A DNA stretch of 64,000 nucleotides from an uncultured Prevotella sp. (lineage in GTDB: Bacteria; Bacteroidota; Bacteroidia; Bacteroidales; Bacteroidaceae): assembly GCA_944319795.1 (NCBI GenBank), contig CALUFA010000004.1, positions 17,193 to 81,192 of the forward strand. Reading direction: 5' to 3'. The notes beneath the pieces are model-generated. The model did no database searches, was not told the origin of the DNA, and was given only the letters and a program-made list of their open reading frames with translations. Of this stretch, positions 1 through 9,491 are shown in pieces (position 1 is the first letter of the stretch; each line of letters starts with the position of its first letter). The position numbers were made by a program, and so were the translations under genes.

Positions 1-1092
1 GTACGAAAGGAAATCGTAGAACGAGCACTGCCCGTCGACAAGCCAACTCTCGGAGCCTTCGCGCTTCACTATTTCAGGATCGTTATTAACCTCGTTGATC
101 GTTCCGACAAGACCCTCAAGAATGTCGCGCAGTGTTATTATGCCTTGGAAACTACCGAATTCGTCGCAGATGAACGCCTGGGTCAAGCGCTTTTCCTTCA
201 TCTGTTCAAGAGCCTTGTAGACGCTCATGTTCTCGTAAAAATAAACGGCAGGATACATTATCGACTTCAAGTTGAGCGTTTCATCGTCAAGACGGAACAG
301 CAAGTCCTTAAGCAACACTACGCCGAGGATGTTGTCAATGCCGCGGTCAATCAACGGATAAGCCTCGTAAAGGTTCTCGTTCAACACGGCCTTAAGCTCG
401 TCGTTGGTCATGTTGACATCAAGGGTTACGACGTCTGAGCGGTGGGTCATTATGGAATCGACAGTAAGGTCGCCCAACATGAACACACGTTCAACTATGT
501 CTTGCTCGACTTCTTGCACTTCGCCGTCTTCCTTGCCTTCCTGTACAATCGATTTGATGTCCTCTTCGGTAACTTTCGTCTCAGCGTTCTTCACGCCCAA
601 AAGGTTGACCATCGCCTCGGTGCTTTTCGACAATATCCATACGAACGGCCCAGCTATGACAGACAAGACGTACATCGGGCGGGCTATCAACTTAGACACC
701 CTTTCAGCAACGCTCATACCGATGCGCTTCGGAACAAGCTCTCCGAAGATTATGGTCAAGTAAGTCACAATGATTACGATCAAAGCCTGGGCCAACGGAT
801 ACGCCCAACGTTCGGCCATGCCAAAACTCTCGAACACGTCGGAGAACTTACCCGACAGCGACGCTCCAGAATAAATACCTGTCAAAATTCCGATAAGCGT
901 GATGCCTATCTGCACTGTTGAAAGGAAACGGTCAGGGTCGTTGGCAAGGCGCAGAGCCATCCTCGCACCCTTACTTCCCTTCTTCTCATCGTTTGATAAA
1001 GTAGTTTTTCTTGCTTGAATGACTGCTATTTCAGACATGGCAAATATGCCATTGAACATGATTAATAGCAGGATAATAAAAATTTCGTCCAT
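1..1092 (-). CDS. HlyC/CorC (CNNM, DUF21 + CBS pair) family transporter; 3' end lies outside the window
   Basis: My own minus-strand translation from the ATG at 1090-1092 gives MDEIFIILLLIMFNGIFAMSEIAVIQARK..GITLIGILTG... The frame stays open to position 1 (364 codons). It is absent from the ORF track because it is open-ended. Plus-strand ORFs 145-921 are antisense shadows of it. Confidence 0.85.
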   Translation of the reverse strand, partial: MDEIFIILLLIMFNGIFAMSEIAVIQARKTTLSNDEKKGSKGARMALRLANDPDRFLSTVQIGITLIGILTGIYSGASLSGKFSDVFESFGMAERWAYPLAQALIVIIVTYLTIIFGELVPKRIGMSVAERVSKLIARPMYVLSVIAGPFVWILSKSTEAMVNLLGVKNAETKVTEEDIKSIVQEGKEDGEVQEVEQDIVERVFMLGDLTVDSIMTHRSDVVTLDVNMTNDELKAVLNENLYEAYPLIDRGIDNILGVVLLKDLLFRLDDETLNLKSIMYPAVYFYENMSVYKALEQMKEKRLTQAFICDEFGSFQGIITLRDILEGLVGTINEVNNDPEIVKREGSESWLVDGQCSFYDFLSY

Positions 1093-1119
1093 TAATGGTT
1101 ACAAATCTTGTTTCCGCTG

Positions 1120-1127
1120 CAAAGATA
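1120..1127 (-). promoter_or_regulatory. Bacteroides-type -7 box (TATCTTTG on the minus strand)
   Basis: The reverse complement of caaagata matches the TAnnTTTG consensus. It lies 28 nt upstream of the ATG at 1092. Confidence 0.5.
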
Positions 1128-1211
1128 ATGCATGTTGGGCGAAAAACAAAATAAAAGCCGATAAAAAAGGGTTTATTAATTAACTTATCGTTACTTTTTA
1201 TCATCACCACC

Positions 1212-1982
1212 TTACTTGCGCATGTCTACGCCGCTTCGCCCTGTTCGCTTATAACTGCGGTAATCGTCTACGGGTATCTCAATGTCCGACTCCTCCAAAG
1301 CAACCCCGTGCGGCAGGCGGAACTTCATGTAACGGATGTTGAGCCCGCGCTCAATCCACTGGCTCTCATAATAAGTCTTGATTGAAAGTATGCGGCGCGT
1401 TTCTTCGTCTATTTCTTCCGTATGATAAAGGTCCTCCGTGCGGAAAAGCAGCGGCAGGCGGTTGTGCTCGACCATGTACGTGGTATAAGTGAAAAGGAAG
1501 TTGCTGTCCGTCTTCACATGCACGATACCCCCGTCGACAAGGAAACGGCGGTAACGCTCCATGAAATAGGTGCTGGTAAGACGTTTGCGCACGTTCTTCA
1601 TCTGTGGGTCGCTGAACGTCAACCATATCTCCTGCACTTCCCTTGCGGAGAAAAAGCGGTCGATAATCTCAATATTGGTACGAAGGAAAGCGACGTTCTT
1701 CAGCCCTTCGGCAAGAGCCTGCGTAGCGCCCGTCCACATGCGTGCGCCCTTGATGTCCACACCGATGAAATTAACGTCGGGAAACATCTTGGCAAGCCCG
1801 ACGGCATATTCGCCTTTACCACATCCAAGTTCAAGCACTATCGGGTTGTCGTTATGGAAATACATGTCGCGCCAACGGCCTTTCATCTCAAACGGGACTT
1901 GGTCGACAACCGAATACGGATACTGGAAAACGTTCTCATAACGTTCCATGTCGGCGAACTTGGCTAACTTACCTTTGGACAT
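1212..1982 (-). CDS. trmB: tRNA (guanine-N7)-methyltransferase
   Basis: 256 aa. Contains the [14 protein letters not shown]-binding motif and TrmB-like architecture. Confidence 0.9.
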   Translation of the reverse strand: MSKGKLAKFADMERYENVFQYPYSVVDQVPFEMKGRWRDMYFHNDNPIVLELGCGKGEYAVGLAKMFPDVNFIGVDIKGARMWTGATQALAEGLKNVAFLRTNIEIIDRFFSAREVQEIWLTFSDPQMKNVRKRLTSTYFMERYRRFLVDGGIVHVKTDSNFLFTYTTYMVEHNRLPLLFRTEDLYHTEEIDEETRRILSIKTYYESQWIERGLNIRYMKFRLPHGVALEESDIEIPVDDYRSYKRTGRSGVDMRK

Positions 1983-1987
1983 ACTTT

Positions 1988-2134
1988 AAAAGTGAAGGGT
2001 TAAGAATTAAAAGTGAAGAGTTGGAAGCAAAGAGCGAAAGATTAAACGTTACGGATTAAGAGTTGGGAATCAAGAAAAACGCCATTACAAGTTAATGGAC
2101 AATGCTTATTCTCCCAACTCCCGACTCTTAATCC
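1988..2134. repeat. Family B word hairpin (TTAAGAR / GTGAAGAG heptamer words)
   Basis: The left part is agtgaagggttaagaattaaaagtgaagagtt. An imperfect stem pairs ggattaagagttggga (2053-) with tcccaactcccgactcttaatcc (-2134). It lies between the ilvE stop and the trmB start. Confidence 0.5.
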
Positions 2135-2147
2135 AACTGTCAATTAC

Positions 2148-3170
2148 TTATTCGATTATAACCTTCGTCCATCCGTGTACGTCGGGTTCGATACCGTACT
2201 GGATGTTGCGCAGCTTGTTATAGAGCTTCGTACATATCGGGCCGGGCTTTCCGTCCTTGCTGATTACATAGCTCTTCTTTTCCTCAAGGTCGTCTATCTT
2301 AGAAATGGGACTTATCACGGCTGCCGTTCCGCACGCGCCGGCCTCCTCGAACGTTGCAAGTTCTTCCTCGGGAATCTGGCGGCGCTCAACCTTCATGCCC
2401 ATGTCCTCGGCAAGCTGCATGAGGCTCTTGTTGGTGATGCTCGGCAGGATGCTGGTCGACTTAGGCGTAACGTAGGTGTTGTCCTTGATTCCGAAGAAGT
2501 TGGCTGCACCGCACTCGTCCATGTATTTCTTTTCCTTGGCATCAAGATAGAACTCACAAGCGTAGCCCAAATCATGTGCCATCTTGTTTGCGCGCAACGA
2601 AGCGGCGTAGTTGCCACCCACCTTATATATACCAGTGCCGAGCGGAGCCGAACGGTCGTACTCGCGTATGATAACATAAGGATTGGCGGCGAAGCCACCC
2701 TTGAAGTACGGCCCTACGGGAGTTACGAATATCATGAACAAATATTCGGAAGCCGGATGCACCCCGACTTGCGCCGACATGCCGACGAGCAACGGGCGGA
2801 TGTACAACGAAGCTCCGCTCTCGTAAGTCGGGATATAGTCTTGGTTAAGGCGTACCACCTTGGTTACCATCTCCTCGAAAAGCTCGGTTGAAACCTCAGG
2901 CATCAATATTCCGCGGCATGTGCTCTGCAAACGGGCGGCGTTCTCGTCCATGCGGAACACGCGCACCTTGCCGTCGGGGCAGCGGAAAGCCTTCAAGCCC
3001 TCAAACGCTTCCTGTCCGTAATGCAGGCACGTAGCAGCCATGTGCATCTTTATGTACTCGTCAGAGCAGATTTCAATCTCTCCCCACTTGCCGTCGCGGT
3101 AATAGCAACGCACATTGTAATCGGTCGGCATATAGCCGAATGACAAATTAGCCCAATCCAGATTTTTCAT
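2148..3170 (-). CDS. ilvE: branched-chain amino acid aminotransferase
   Basis: 340 aa. Shows the YGQEAFEGLKAF motif and fold-type IV aminotransferase pattern. Confidence 0.9.
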   Translation of the reverse strand: MKNLDWANLSFGYMPTDYNVRCYYRDGKWGEIEICSDEYIKMHMAATCLHYGQEAFEGLKAFRCPDGKVRVFRMDENAARLQSTCRGILMPEVSTELFEEMVTKVVRLNQDYIPTYESGASLYIRPLLVGMSAQVGVHPASEYLFMIFVTPVGPYFKGGFAANPYVIIREYDRSAPLGTGIYKVGGNYAASLRANKMAHDLGYACEFYLDAKEKKYMDECGAANFFGIKDNTYVTPKSTSILPSITNKSLMQLAEDMGMKVERRQIPEEELATFEEAGACGTAAVISPISKIDDLEEKKSYVISKDGKPGPICTKLYNKLRNIQYGIEPDVHGWTKVIIE

Positions 3171-3270
3171 AATATCATTAAGTTAAAAATGTTTGCCTAC
3201 GATAATGCGTCCAAGAAGCGGCGCCCTACCTTACCGACAAGGCTGCGCCGTCATCCCGTCTTATCCCCGG

Positions 3271-3278
3271 CAAAGATA
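3271..3278 (-). promoter_or_regulatory. -7 box TATCTTTG (minus strand) upstream of ilvE
   Basis: caaagata sits at 3271-3278, about 100 nt upstream of the ilvE ATG. Confidence 0.4.
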
Positions 3279-3368
3279 CTAACATTCTTACTAACTAACA
3301 ATTTTTTTCAATATTATTTGCAATAAGGCCGTAGCCAACGGCCACGGCCTGCCCGTGCAAGCGGCAAA

Positions 3369-3569
3369 TCAATCATCGCCGCCGTCGGCGAGTATCTTCT
3401 TTATTTCCTCGTCAGCCTTTGTCAGTTTGGCCTTGCACTGGCGTATCAGCTGTTGGGCCGTTTTCAGCTGCTGACCGAGGCTGTCGATGTCAAGCTCGTC
3501 GTTTTCCATTTTCGCCACAATGGCTTCAAGCTGTTTTAACGCCTCTTCGTATTTCAATTCTTTTGGCAT
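3369..3569 (-). CDS. xseB: exodeoxyribonuclease VII small subunit
   Basis: 66 aa coiled-coil protein (LEAIVAKMENDELDIDS) located directly downstream of xseA. Confidence 0.85.
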   Translation of the reverse strand: MPKELKYEEALKQLEAIVAKMENDELDIDSLGQQLKTAQQLIRQCKAKLTKADEEIKKILADGGDD

Positions 3570-3611
3570 GTCTCTTATATTAATTAAGGTGAATACAAAT
3601 TACCACTAACG

Positions 3612-4913
3612 TCATTGCTTCCCTACTGTCGATACGACATTTCCCGTTCCCAACCGCGTCTCTATCAGGTCGCCGTCTTTCAGCTCAGACGCCGAGCGGA
3701 CGGCGCGGCCGTTATGCAGGGTTATCGAATACCCACGCTTAAGCAGGCGTGCAGGGTCGGCGGCCTCGGTGCGCTGCGAAAGCAGTTCGAGGCGGTGGTT
3801 CTCAGCCGTCAGTTTGCGGCTTACCGCCGGGATTACTGCCGAGCGCAACCGGTCTACCTTCACCCGTTCAGCCGTTAATATGCGGTTGGCTGACGAACAC
3901 ATTCTTTCATGCAAGGCGTCGAGCCGTGCGTACCGGCGTGTCTTTACGAGCGAGAACAGCACCGGGATGCGCTCACACACCCTGGCCAACCGCATCCGTT
4001 CAAAGTCCATCCTGCCGTTTACATGATTCACGATCGCAGTCCGGGCCGCCTCTATGCGGTCGAGGGTATGCTCGAGATTGTCTATCAACAGTTCCGCAGC
4101 CGCCGTTGGAGTCTTCGCCCGCGTGTGCGCAACCATGTCGAGCACAGACTCGTCGCGCTCGTGGCCGATGCCCGTAATGACCGGCAGAGGAAAGTTGGCA
4201 ACATTCTCGGCAAGCAGCAACGAGTCGAAAGCCGACAGGTCGCTCACGGCTCCTCCGCCTCGTATTATCACCACGCAATCGTAACCGTCGGCATCGGCGT
4301 TGACGGAGTTGAGCGCGGATATTATGCTCTTTTCGGTGCGTCCGCCCTGCATTACGGCCGGGAACAACGTAACATTGAACCTGAAGCCGAAGGCATTGCC
4401 GGCAAGCTGGTTGCAGAAGTCGCCGTATCCGGCGGCGGTTTCGCTTGATATTACGGCTATGCGGTTGGCGAACGCCGACAGGCGGAGTTCCTTATTTAGG
4501 TCGAACACGCCTTCTTCCTTCAGCCTCCTTATCACGTCCTGGCGCTTACGCGCCATGTCGCCGAGGGTGAACGTCGGGTCGATGTCGGTCACAATCCACG
4601 AGAAGCCATAGTTTTCGTGAAACTGCGCATGCACTTGCAACAGCACCTTCATCCCTGCATGGAGGCTCTCGCCCGTAACCCTTTCAAAATGGGGGCGGAC
4701 GAGCATCCATACGCTCCGCCAACACCTGGCCGAAGCACGAGCAACGAGGGCCGTACCGAGGTCGTCTTTCTGCACAAGCTCCATGTAGCAATGTCCGCCG
4801 CGCTCACGCGCCTCTGCAAGTTCGGCCTCGACCCAATAGCTGTCGGGCAGGGTCAGTTCAACCGCTTCGCGCACGAGCGAATTAAGTTCGAAAAGGGTTA
4901 ATGACTGCCTCAT
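3612..4913 (-). CDS. xseA: exodeoxyribonuclease VII large subunit
   Basis: 433 aa. Has an N-terminal OB-fold region (LTLFELNSLVREAVE), a GGGAVSDL motif, and is paired with xseB. Confidence 0.9.
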   Translation of the reverse strand: MRQSLTLFELNSLVREAVELTLPDSYWVEAELAEARERGGHCYMELVQKDDLGTALVARASARCWRSVWMLVRPHFERVTGESLHAGMKVLLQVHAQFHENYGFSWIVTDIDPTFTLGDMARKRQDVIRRLKEEGVFDLNKELRLSAFANRIAVISSETAAGYGDFCNQLAGNAFGFRFNVTLFPAVMQGGRTEKSIISALNSVNADADGYDCVVIIRGGGAVSDLSAFDSLLLAENVANFPLPVITGIGHERDESVLDMVAHTRAKTPTAAAELLIDNLEHTLDRIEAARTAIVNHVNGRMDFERMRLARVCERIPVLFSLVKTRRYARLDALHERMCSSANRILTAERVKVDRLRSAVIPAVSRKLTAENHRLELLSQRTEAADPARLLKRGYSITLHNGRAVRSASELKDGDLIETRLGTGNVVSTVGKQ

Positions 4914-4920
4914 ACTTATT

Positions 4921-4956
4921 TAAGTTAAGGATTAAGAGTTAAGAATTAAGAGTTAG
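4921..4956. repeat. Family B word block (single arm)
   Basis: Sequence taagttaaggattaagagttaagaattaagagtta lies between the S8 peptidase stop and the xseA start. Confidence 0.5.
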
Positions 4957-5000
4957 CCGATTAGGAGCCGCAGGCGCCGATAGTCATATTTCGCAAACCA

Positions 5001-6410
5001 TTAATTCTTGTATTTCTCTTTTCCGGTTTGGTATGCTTTCCAGAAATCAGGTATTCCGTATCCGTAGATGTTGTCCGGCGAAGCAACGTTGTCCGCGCTC
5101 TCCCTCACAAGGCGGATTATCTCCTTAGCCGTCTTGCCTGGCAAAGCCTGCCAAAGACAGGCCACTAACCCGGCCACCACGGGCGTTGAGAACGATGTTC
5201 CCACATCCTTTATTATAGTGCCGCGGCCGGTTATTACGGCCGTAGGGCTGCCGAGGGCCATAACGTCGGGCTTAATCCTACCGTCGGCCGTCGGGCCGAT
5301 GCTGCTGAACGAGGCGTTGCGGCGGTCGGGCGTAACGGCTCCGACGGTGAGTATGTCGGGGGCGTCGGCAGGCACGTTTATCTTCTTCCACGACGCCATG
5401 CCGTCGTTGCCGGCACTGTTCACCAACACTATGCCCTTATCGGCCAGCAACGAGGCCGTATAAGAAATCATGGCCGTGCGCCCGTCGAGCTGCGAATACT
5501 TGTAATTGTCGGCAGCATTGTCGAAAGAGTGGAAGCCCAACGAACTGCTGATTATGTCCACACCCGCGCTGTCGGCAAACTCGGCAGCCGCAGCCCAATA
5601 ATCTTCCTCGGCAAGGCTCTCGCCCTGGTTGTCTTCACACCTCAGCAGCCAATATCCTGCATCGGGCGCAGTACCGACGAACGTGCCTGGCACATCCACC
5701 GCCATTGTCGACAAAACCTTAGTGCCGTGGTCCATTTCCTTAAACACGCTGGCCGAACGCGGCACTACGAAATCATTGCTTCCAACAACCTTGATGCCCT
5801 TCATGCAAGGTATCAGGTCGGCGTTCATGAATCCGCCGTCGAGCACTGCTATCGTCATGCCCCGTCCACGAAAGCCATGCCTGTGAACCTTGTCGCCGCC
5901 GAGCATGGTTATCTGGTCGCCGGCCACTCCGTATTTGCTCTGCCCGATAGTATCCCAACGGTTGAACTCGGTATGGAACCTCGCCCTCGCAGGCGTCGGG
6001 TCGATAGAGTCGGGCGACGTCCACACCTTCCTTATTTCCTTTACGCAGCCCAGCAGTGCAACGCTTTTCAGCCTGCTAAGCTCGCGGCTGCGCACAAGGA
6101 CGGTATTGTTCCACTTGCTATGGCTTACAACCTCAACACCGGTTGAACGAATCTCGTTGACGTAAGCCGGATTAATCGGTAGGTCGGTTGAATCCAAACC
6201 GAGATGCTGGCGGCTGCGCCTGACTATCGACTTGGCCGAGAGGAAATCGCGCGGTTTGCTCAAACTGAAAGGCGTGCCATGCTTGTCTTTCAGCACTACG
6301 CGGAACATGTAAGTCTTCCCTCCTGGATATTTCACCTTACGGGCAGTTCCGCCGAGGCACGCGGCGGAGCATATTATAAGCAGCCAAACTATGGATACAA
6401 ACCGATACAT
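5001..6410 (-). CDS. S8 family (subtilisin-like) serine peptidase, secreted
   Basis: 469 aa with a signal peptide. Catalytic triad contexts are AVLDGGF (Asp), DHGTKVLS (His) and GTSFSTPVVAG (Ser). Confidence 0.85.
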   Translation of the reverse strand: MYRFVSIVWLLIICSAACLGGTARKVKYPGGKTYMFRVVLKDKHGTPFSLSKPRDFLSAKSIVRRSRQHLGLDSTDLPINPAYVNEIRSTGVEVVSHSKWNNTVLVRSRELSRLKSVALLGCVKEIRKVWTSPDSIDPTPARARFHTEFNRWDTIGQSKYGVAGDQITMLGGDKVHRHGFRGRGMTIAVLDGGFMNADLIPCMKGIKVVGSNDFVVPRSASVFKEMDHGTKVLSTMAVDVPGTFVGTAPDAGYWLLRCEDNQGESLAEEDYWAAAAEFADSAGVDIISSSLGFHSFDNAADNYKYSQLDGRTAMISYTASLLADKGIVLVNSAGNDGMASWKKINVPADAPDILTVGAVTPDRRNASFSSIGPTADGRIKPDVMALGSPTAVITGRGTIIKDVGTSFSTPVVAGLVACLWQALPGKTAKEIIRLVRESADNVASPDNIYGYGIPDFWKAYQTGKEKYKN

Positions 6411-6430
6411 CTACTGATTTTCCTTTTTTG

Positions 6431-6560
6431 AGGTGCAAAGATAATGCAAGCCGAGCGGAATGCAAAATAAAAGCGAGTGAAACGAGGTTTTATTTTCATT
6501 TCCGAGGCGCAGCTTATCTTATCAAAAGATAATGCAAGCCGAGCGGAATACAAAAACAAC
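6431..6560 (-). promoter_or_regulatory. Family E hairpin-plus-promoter cassette (about 1.5 tandem units) driving the S8 peptidase
   Basis: On the minus strand: -33 TTTG (6463-6466), a 19-nt spacer, then -7 TATCTTTG (6436-6443), about 26 nt before the ATG at 6410. A second partial unit follows at 6523-6560. Confidence 0.6.
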
Positions 6561-6689
6561 AGGTAACCTTTCAGGTTGCAAAAGGTTGCCTTTTGCAATG
6601 TAAAAGGTTGCCTTTCGGAGTCCGAAAGGCAACCTTTCATATTAAAACAAAACTTCGTATTAATCACGACACAATGCTACTTACGCACA
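6561..6689. repeat. Family A nested-palindrome array
   Basis: Sequence gcaaaaggttgccttttgc followed by aaaaggttgcctttcgga/tccgaaaggcaaccttt, then a tail ending ttacgcaca. Confidence 0.7.
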
Positions 6690-6728
6690 CGTTATTGTAC
6701 AAACACCGTAATTCTACGGGCGTTTTTA

Positions 6729-9476
6729 CTAATAATCAAACGTATAGCGTCCGCTGCCTACCTGTTTCTTTTGACCGTCGGGCAGCACTATCGTCGCGTC
6801 GCTGCCTACCGGTATCTCTACGGTCAGCCGCGAACGGGTGCAATCAACGCTGATTTTTCCGTAAAGGGATGCCGTAGACGCCTTGACGTATTGCAGGTCG
6901 CCGACGAGCGTCGGGGCTATGAGCAGGTGGCGCAGGCCGTGCGTGCCGGGCTGGTTTTGTATGCCGGCGAGGGTCTTGAACAACCATTCGTCTATCTGTC
7001 CCATCATGAAGTGGTTGAGCGACGAGCCTTGGTTGGGATCCCATTGTTCGGTCAGCGTGGTCGCCCCGTGGCGTATTTGGTAGCCGTAGCCCGGCGTCTC
7101 ATAGTGGTTGAGCATGGTGTAGAGCAGTTCGTTCTGCCCGTTCAGCGCCAGGGTTTGGAAAAGGTAGCGGTTACCTACGTCGCCGGTGGTAAGTCGGTTG
7201 CCGTGTTCCTTGATGTCGGCTATGAGGCTCTGCATTACGGCCTGTTTGTTATTGCCCGTCAGCCCGAGGTATAGCGGCAGGGCGTTAGACGTCTGGCTGC
7301 CCGTGCCGTATGTGCAAGAGTCGGGTTTGTAGAACTCGCGGTTGAATGCGTTTGTTACGTCGGTGAGCAAGGCCGAATACTTCTCTGCGTCGGCTTCGCG
7401 CCCGGTCATGCGCGCGGCGCGCACCAACAGTTGCAGGTCGAATATGTAGTGGGCCGTAGCAACGAGGGGCACGGGCGTGTTCTTAGAGAATCCCGCGCGC
7501 CACGGGCCGTAGTCGTACCAGTCGCCGAGGCCGTGGCTTACAATGCCGTTGTCGGCGCGCGAAGTCAAGTAATCCACATATCGGCGCATCGGTTCGTAGT
7601 TGTCGGTAATCAAAGTGCTGTCGCCGTACTGGTCGTAATACATGAACGGCATGATTATCAGCGTGCTGCCCCATTCGGGCGAGTCGTCGAACAGGTTGCC
7701 GAACGATATGTATTGCGGCGCTGTGGTCGGCACCATGCCGTTCTGTTTTTGCGTGTCGGTGATGTCGCGGATCACCTTCGGTGCGTAGCGTGTCATGTCG
7801 TAGTTGTACATCAGGCTCGGGCCGCACAGGTGGTCTTGCTCCAGCCAGCCGAGCTTTTCGCGGTGGGGGCAGTCGGACAGCACGCTCTGCATGTTGCTGC
7901 GCTCGGCCCTTTCAATCAGCCTGTGGGTCTGCGTGAACAGCGGATTCGAGCATTCGAACGACGAAACCTCTTCGGCCGAGTTGTATATGAAGCAGCTGTT
8001 GAGCCTTTTCAGCACAGGCAGGCCGTCGGGGTTGGGCTGTCCTTCGAGCACGGCGCCCTCTACCTGGATGTAGCGGAAGCCGTAATAAGAGAAGTGCGGA
8101 TGCCATGTCTCCTGTCCGTCGCCCTTCAACGTGTATTCGTAATAGTGCTGCCGGCCGGTCTGCCGCTGGTCGCACGCTCCCTGACGGGTCAGCTTTTCGG
8201 CCACGAGCATCGTTATTTTCTGTCCGCGCTTGCCGCTGACCGTGATCTCGGGAAATCCCGCGAGGTTTTGCCCCATGTCGGCCACGAACACCGAAGGGTG
8301 TATCTCGCGCTTCGTGGCCTTGCTTGCGGCGGCGAGTGAGTCGGCCGGAATGGGCTTCCACGACTTTATGCCGTAACGCTCCATGATGCGCACGGGCTGC
8401 ACGGTCTGCGGCGTAAGCCGGCCCTTCGGCCCTTCGGTGAGCACCACGGGAAGCCATTTGGAATCGTCGAATCCGGCACTGTCGCATCCCGTCTGTTCCA
8501 AGCGTGCGTCGTATGACTCGCCGCCGTAGATGCTGTTGAACGTTATCGGGCTGGGCGAATACTTCCAGTCGGCGCCGCTCTTGATTACCTGTTGCGTGCC
8601 GTCGGCGTAGTTTATCTCAAGGCGCAGTATCATCTGGGGCGGCCCGAAGCTGGTCTGCAGCTTGCTGTAACGCCCCATGCGCTGCACGTTGAACATGCCG
8701 TTGCCCAGCAACACGCTAACGGCGTTATCGCCGGAGGCAAGGAGCCTGGTAACGTCGAATACGTTGTAGTACACCGTCTTATCGTATTCGCTCCACACGG
8801 GGGCGAACTCCGCATTGCCTACGCCACAGCCGTTAAGGCTCAGTTTGTAGTGCCCCAAGCCGCTTACGTAAAGCACTGCGTCGGCTATTTCCTTCCGCCC
8901 GGTGTCAAACTCCTTGCGCAAGATTATGCTTTTTGCCGAAAGCGAGTCGACGCCGGCCCATTTAGTCTTGAACGAATCCTTCTTAAACACCGTGTTCGGG
9001 AAGCGTCCGTCGGGTATCTTAGCGTCCTTCCGCGTGATGGCTCCTATCCATTCGGCGTCTATCCCGGCCGGAACTACGCGTATCTTCTGCTTTCCGCTCA
9101 GGTCGGAAGCCTCGCCCTTATCGTTCCATACGCGCACTTGCCAATAGTATCCGTGCCTGTTCGGCCGCAGCGCCGGCGCGTCGACAAGCTGGCTTTGGCC
9201 CGACTCCACCTTGCCGGAAGTGTACACCTGCCTGTCGGTAACGTTCTCGTGGATGGTTATTTCGTATGCCGACTGGCTTTCGCCGTTGGCCGTGGCCGTC
9301 ATCTGCCAGCCCAAACGTACTGCGCCCTCGGTTACGGCCATGTCGCTGATGCAGCCGCTCTCGGGCGCGGCCGTGTCGCCCTGGTAGTTGCAGGTGAGGC
9401 GTGTCACCGTCAGCTTGGCGCTTGCGCTCATGGCGGCAAAGGCCACGATAGCGGTAAAATAGGTTCTTAAATTCAT
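6729..9476 (-). CDS. alpha-L-rhamnosidase (GH78 family)
   Basis: 915 aa with a signal peptide. The N-terminal pattern (..YYWQVRVWNDKGEAS..) and the (alpha/alpha)6 catalytic region are typical of GH78. Confidence 0.8.
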   Translation of the reverse strand: MNLRTYFTAIVAFAAMSASAKLTVTRLTCNYQGDTAAPESGCISDMAVTEGAVRLGWQMTATANGESQSAYEITIHENVTDRQVYTSGKVESGQSQLVDAPALRPNRHGYYWQVRVWNDKGEASDLSGKQKIRVVPAGIDAEWIGAITRKDAKIPDGRFPNTVFKKDSFKTKWAGVDSLSAKSIILRKEFDTGRKEIADAVLYVSGLGHYKLSLNGCGVGNAEFAPVWSEYDKTVYYNVFDVTRLLASGDNAVSVLLGNGMFNVQRMGRYSKLQTSFGPPQMILRLEINYADGTQQVIKSGADWKYSPSPITFNSIYGGESYDARLEQTGCDSAGFDDSKWLPVVLTEGPKGRLTPQTVQPVRIMERYGIKSWKPIPADSLAAASKATKREIHPSVFVADMGQNLAGFPEITVSGKRGQKITMLVAEKLTRQGACDQRQTGRQHYYEYTLKGDGQETWHPHFSYYGFRYIQVEGAVLEGQPNPDGLPVLKRLNSCFIYNSAEEVSSFECSNPLFTQTHRLIERAERSNMQSVLSDCPHREKLGWLEQDHLCGPSLMYNYDMTRYAPKVIRDITDTQKQNGMVPTTAPQYISFGNLFDDSPEWGSTLIIMPFMYYDQYGDSTLITDNYEPMRRYVDYLTSRADNGIVSHGLGDWYDYGPWRAGFSKNTPVPLVATAHYIFDLQLLVRAARMTGREADAEKYSALLTDVTNAFNREFYKPDSCTYGTGSQTSNALPLYLGLTGNNKQAVMQSLIADIKEHGNRLTTGDVGNRYLFQTLALNGQNELLYTMLNHYETPGYGYQIRHGATTLTEQWDPNQGSSLNHFMMGQIDEWLFKTLAGIQNQPGTHGLRHLLIAPTLVGDLQYVKASTASLYGKISVDCTRSRLTVEIPVGSDATIVLPDGQKKQVGSGRYTFDY

Positions 9477-9491
9477 ATTGTTCAGGTAATT

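Noticed and set aside
6389-7274. ORFs 6389-6667 and 6576-7274, and similar small ORFs at 30290-30517, 38120-38374, 45175-45458 and 56233-56430.
   Set aside because: They are read through family A/E repeats, giving peptides like QKVAFCNVKGCLSESERQPF. Alternatively they are antisense to real genes. They are artefacts of palindromic repeats being open in several frames.
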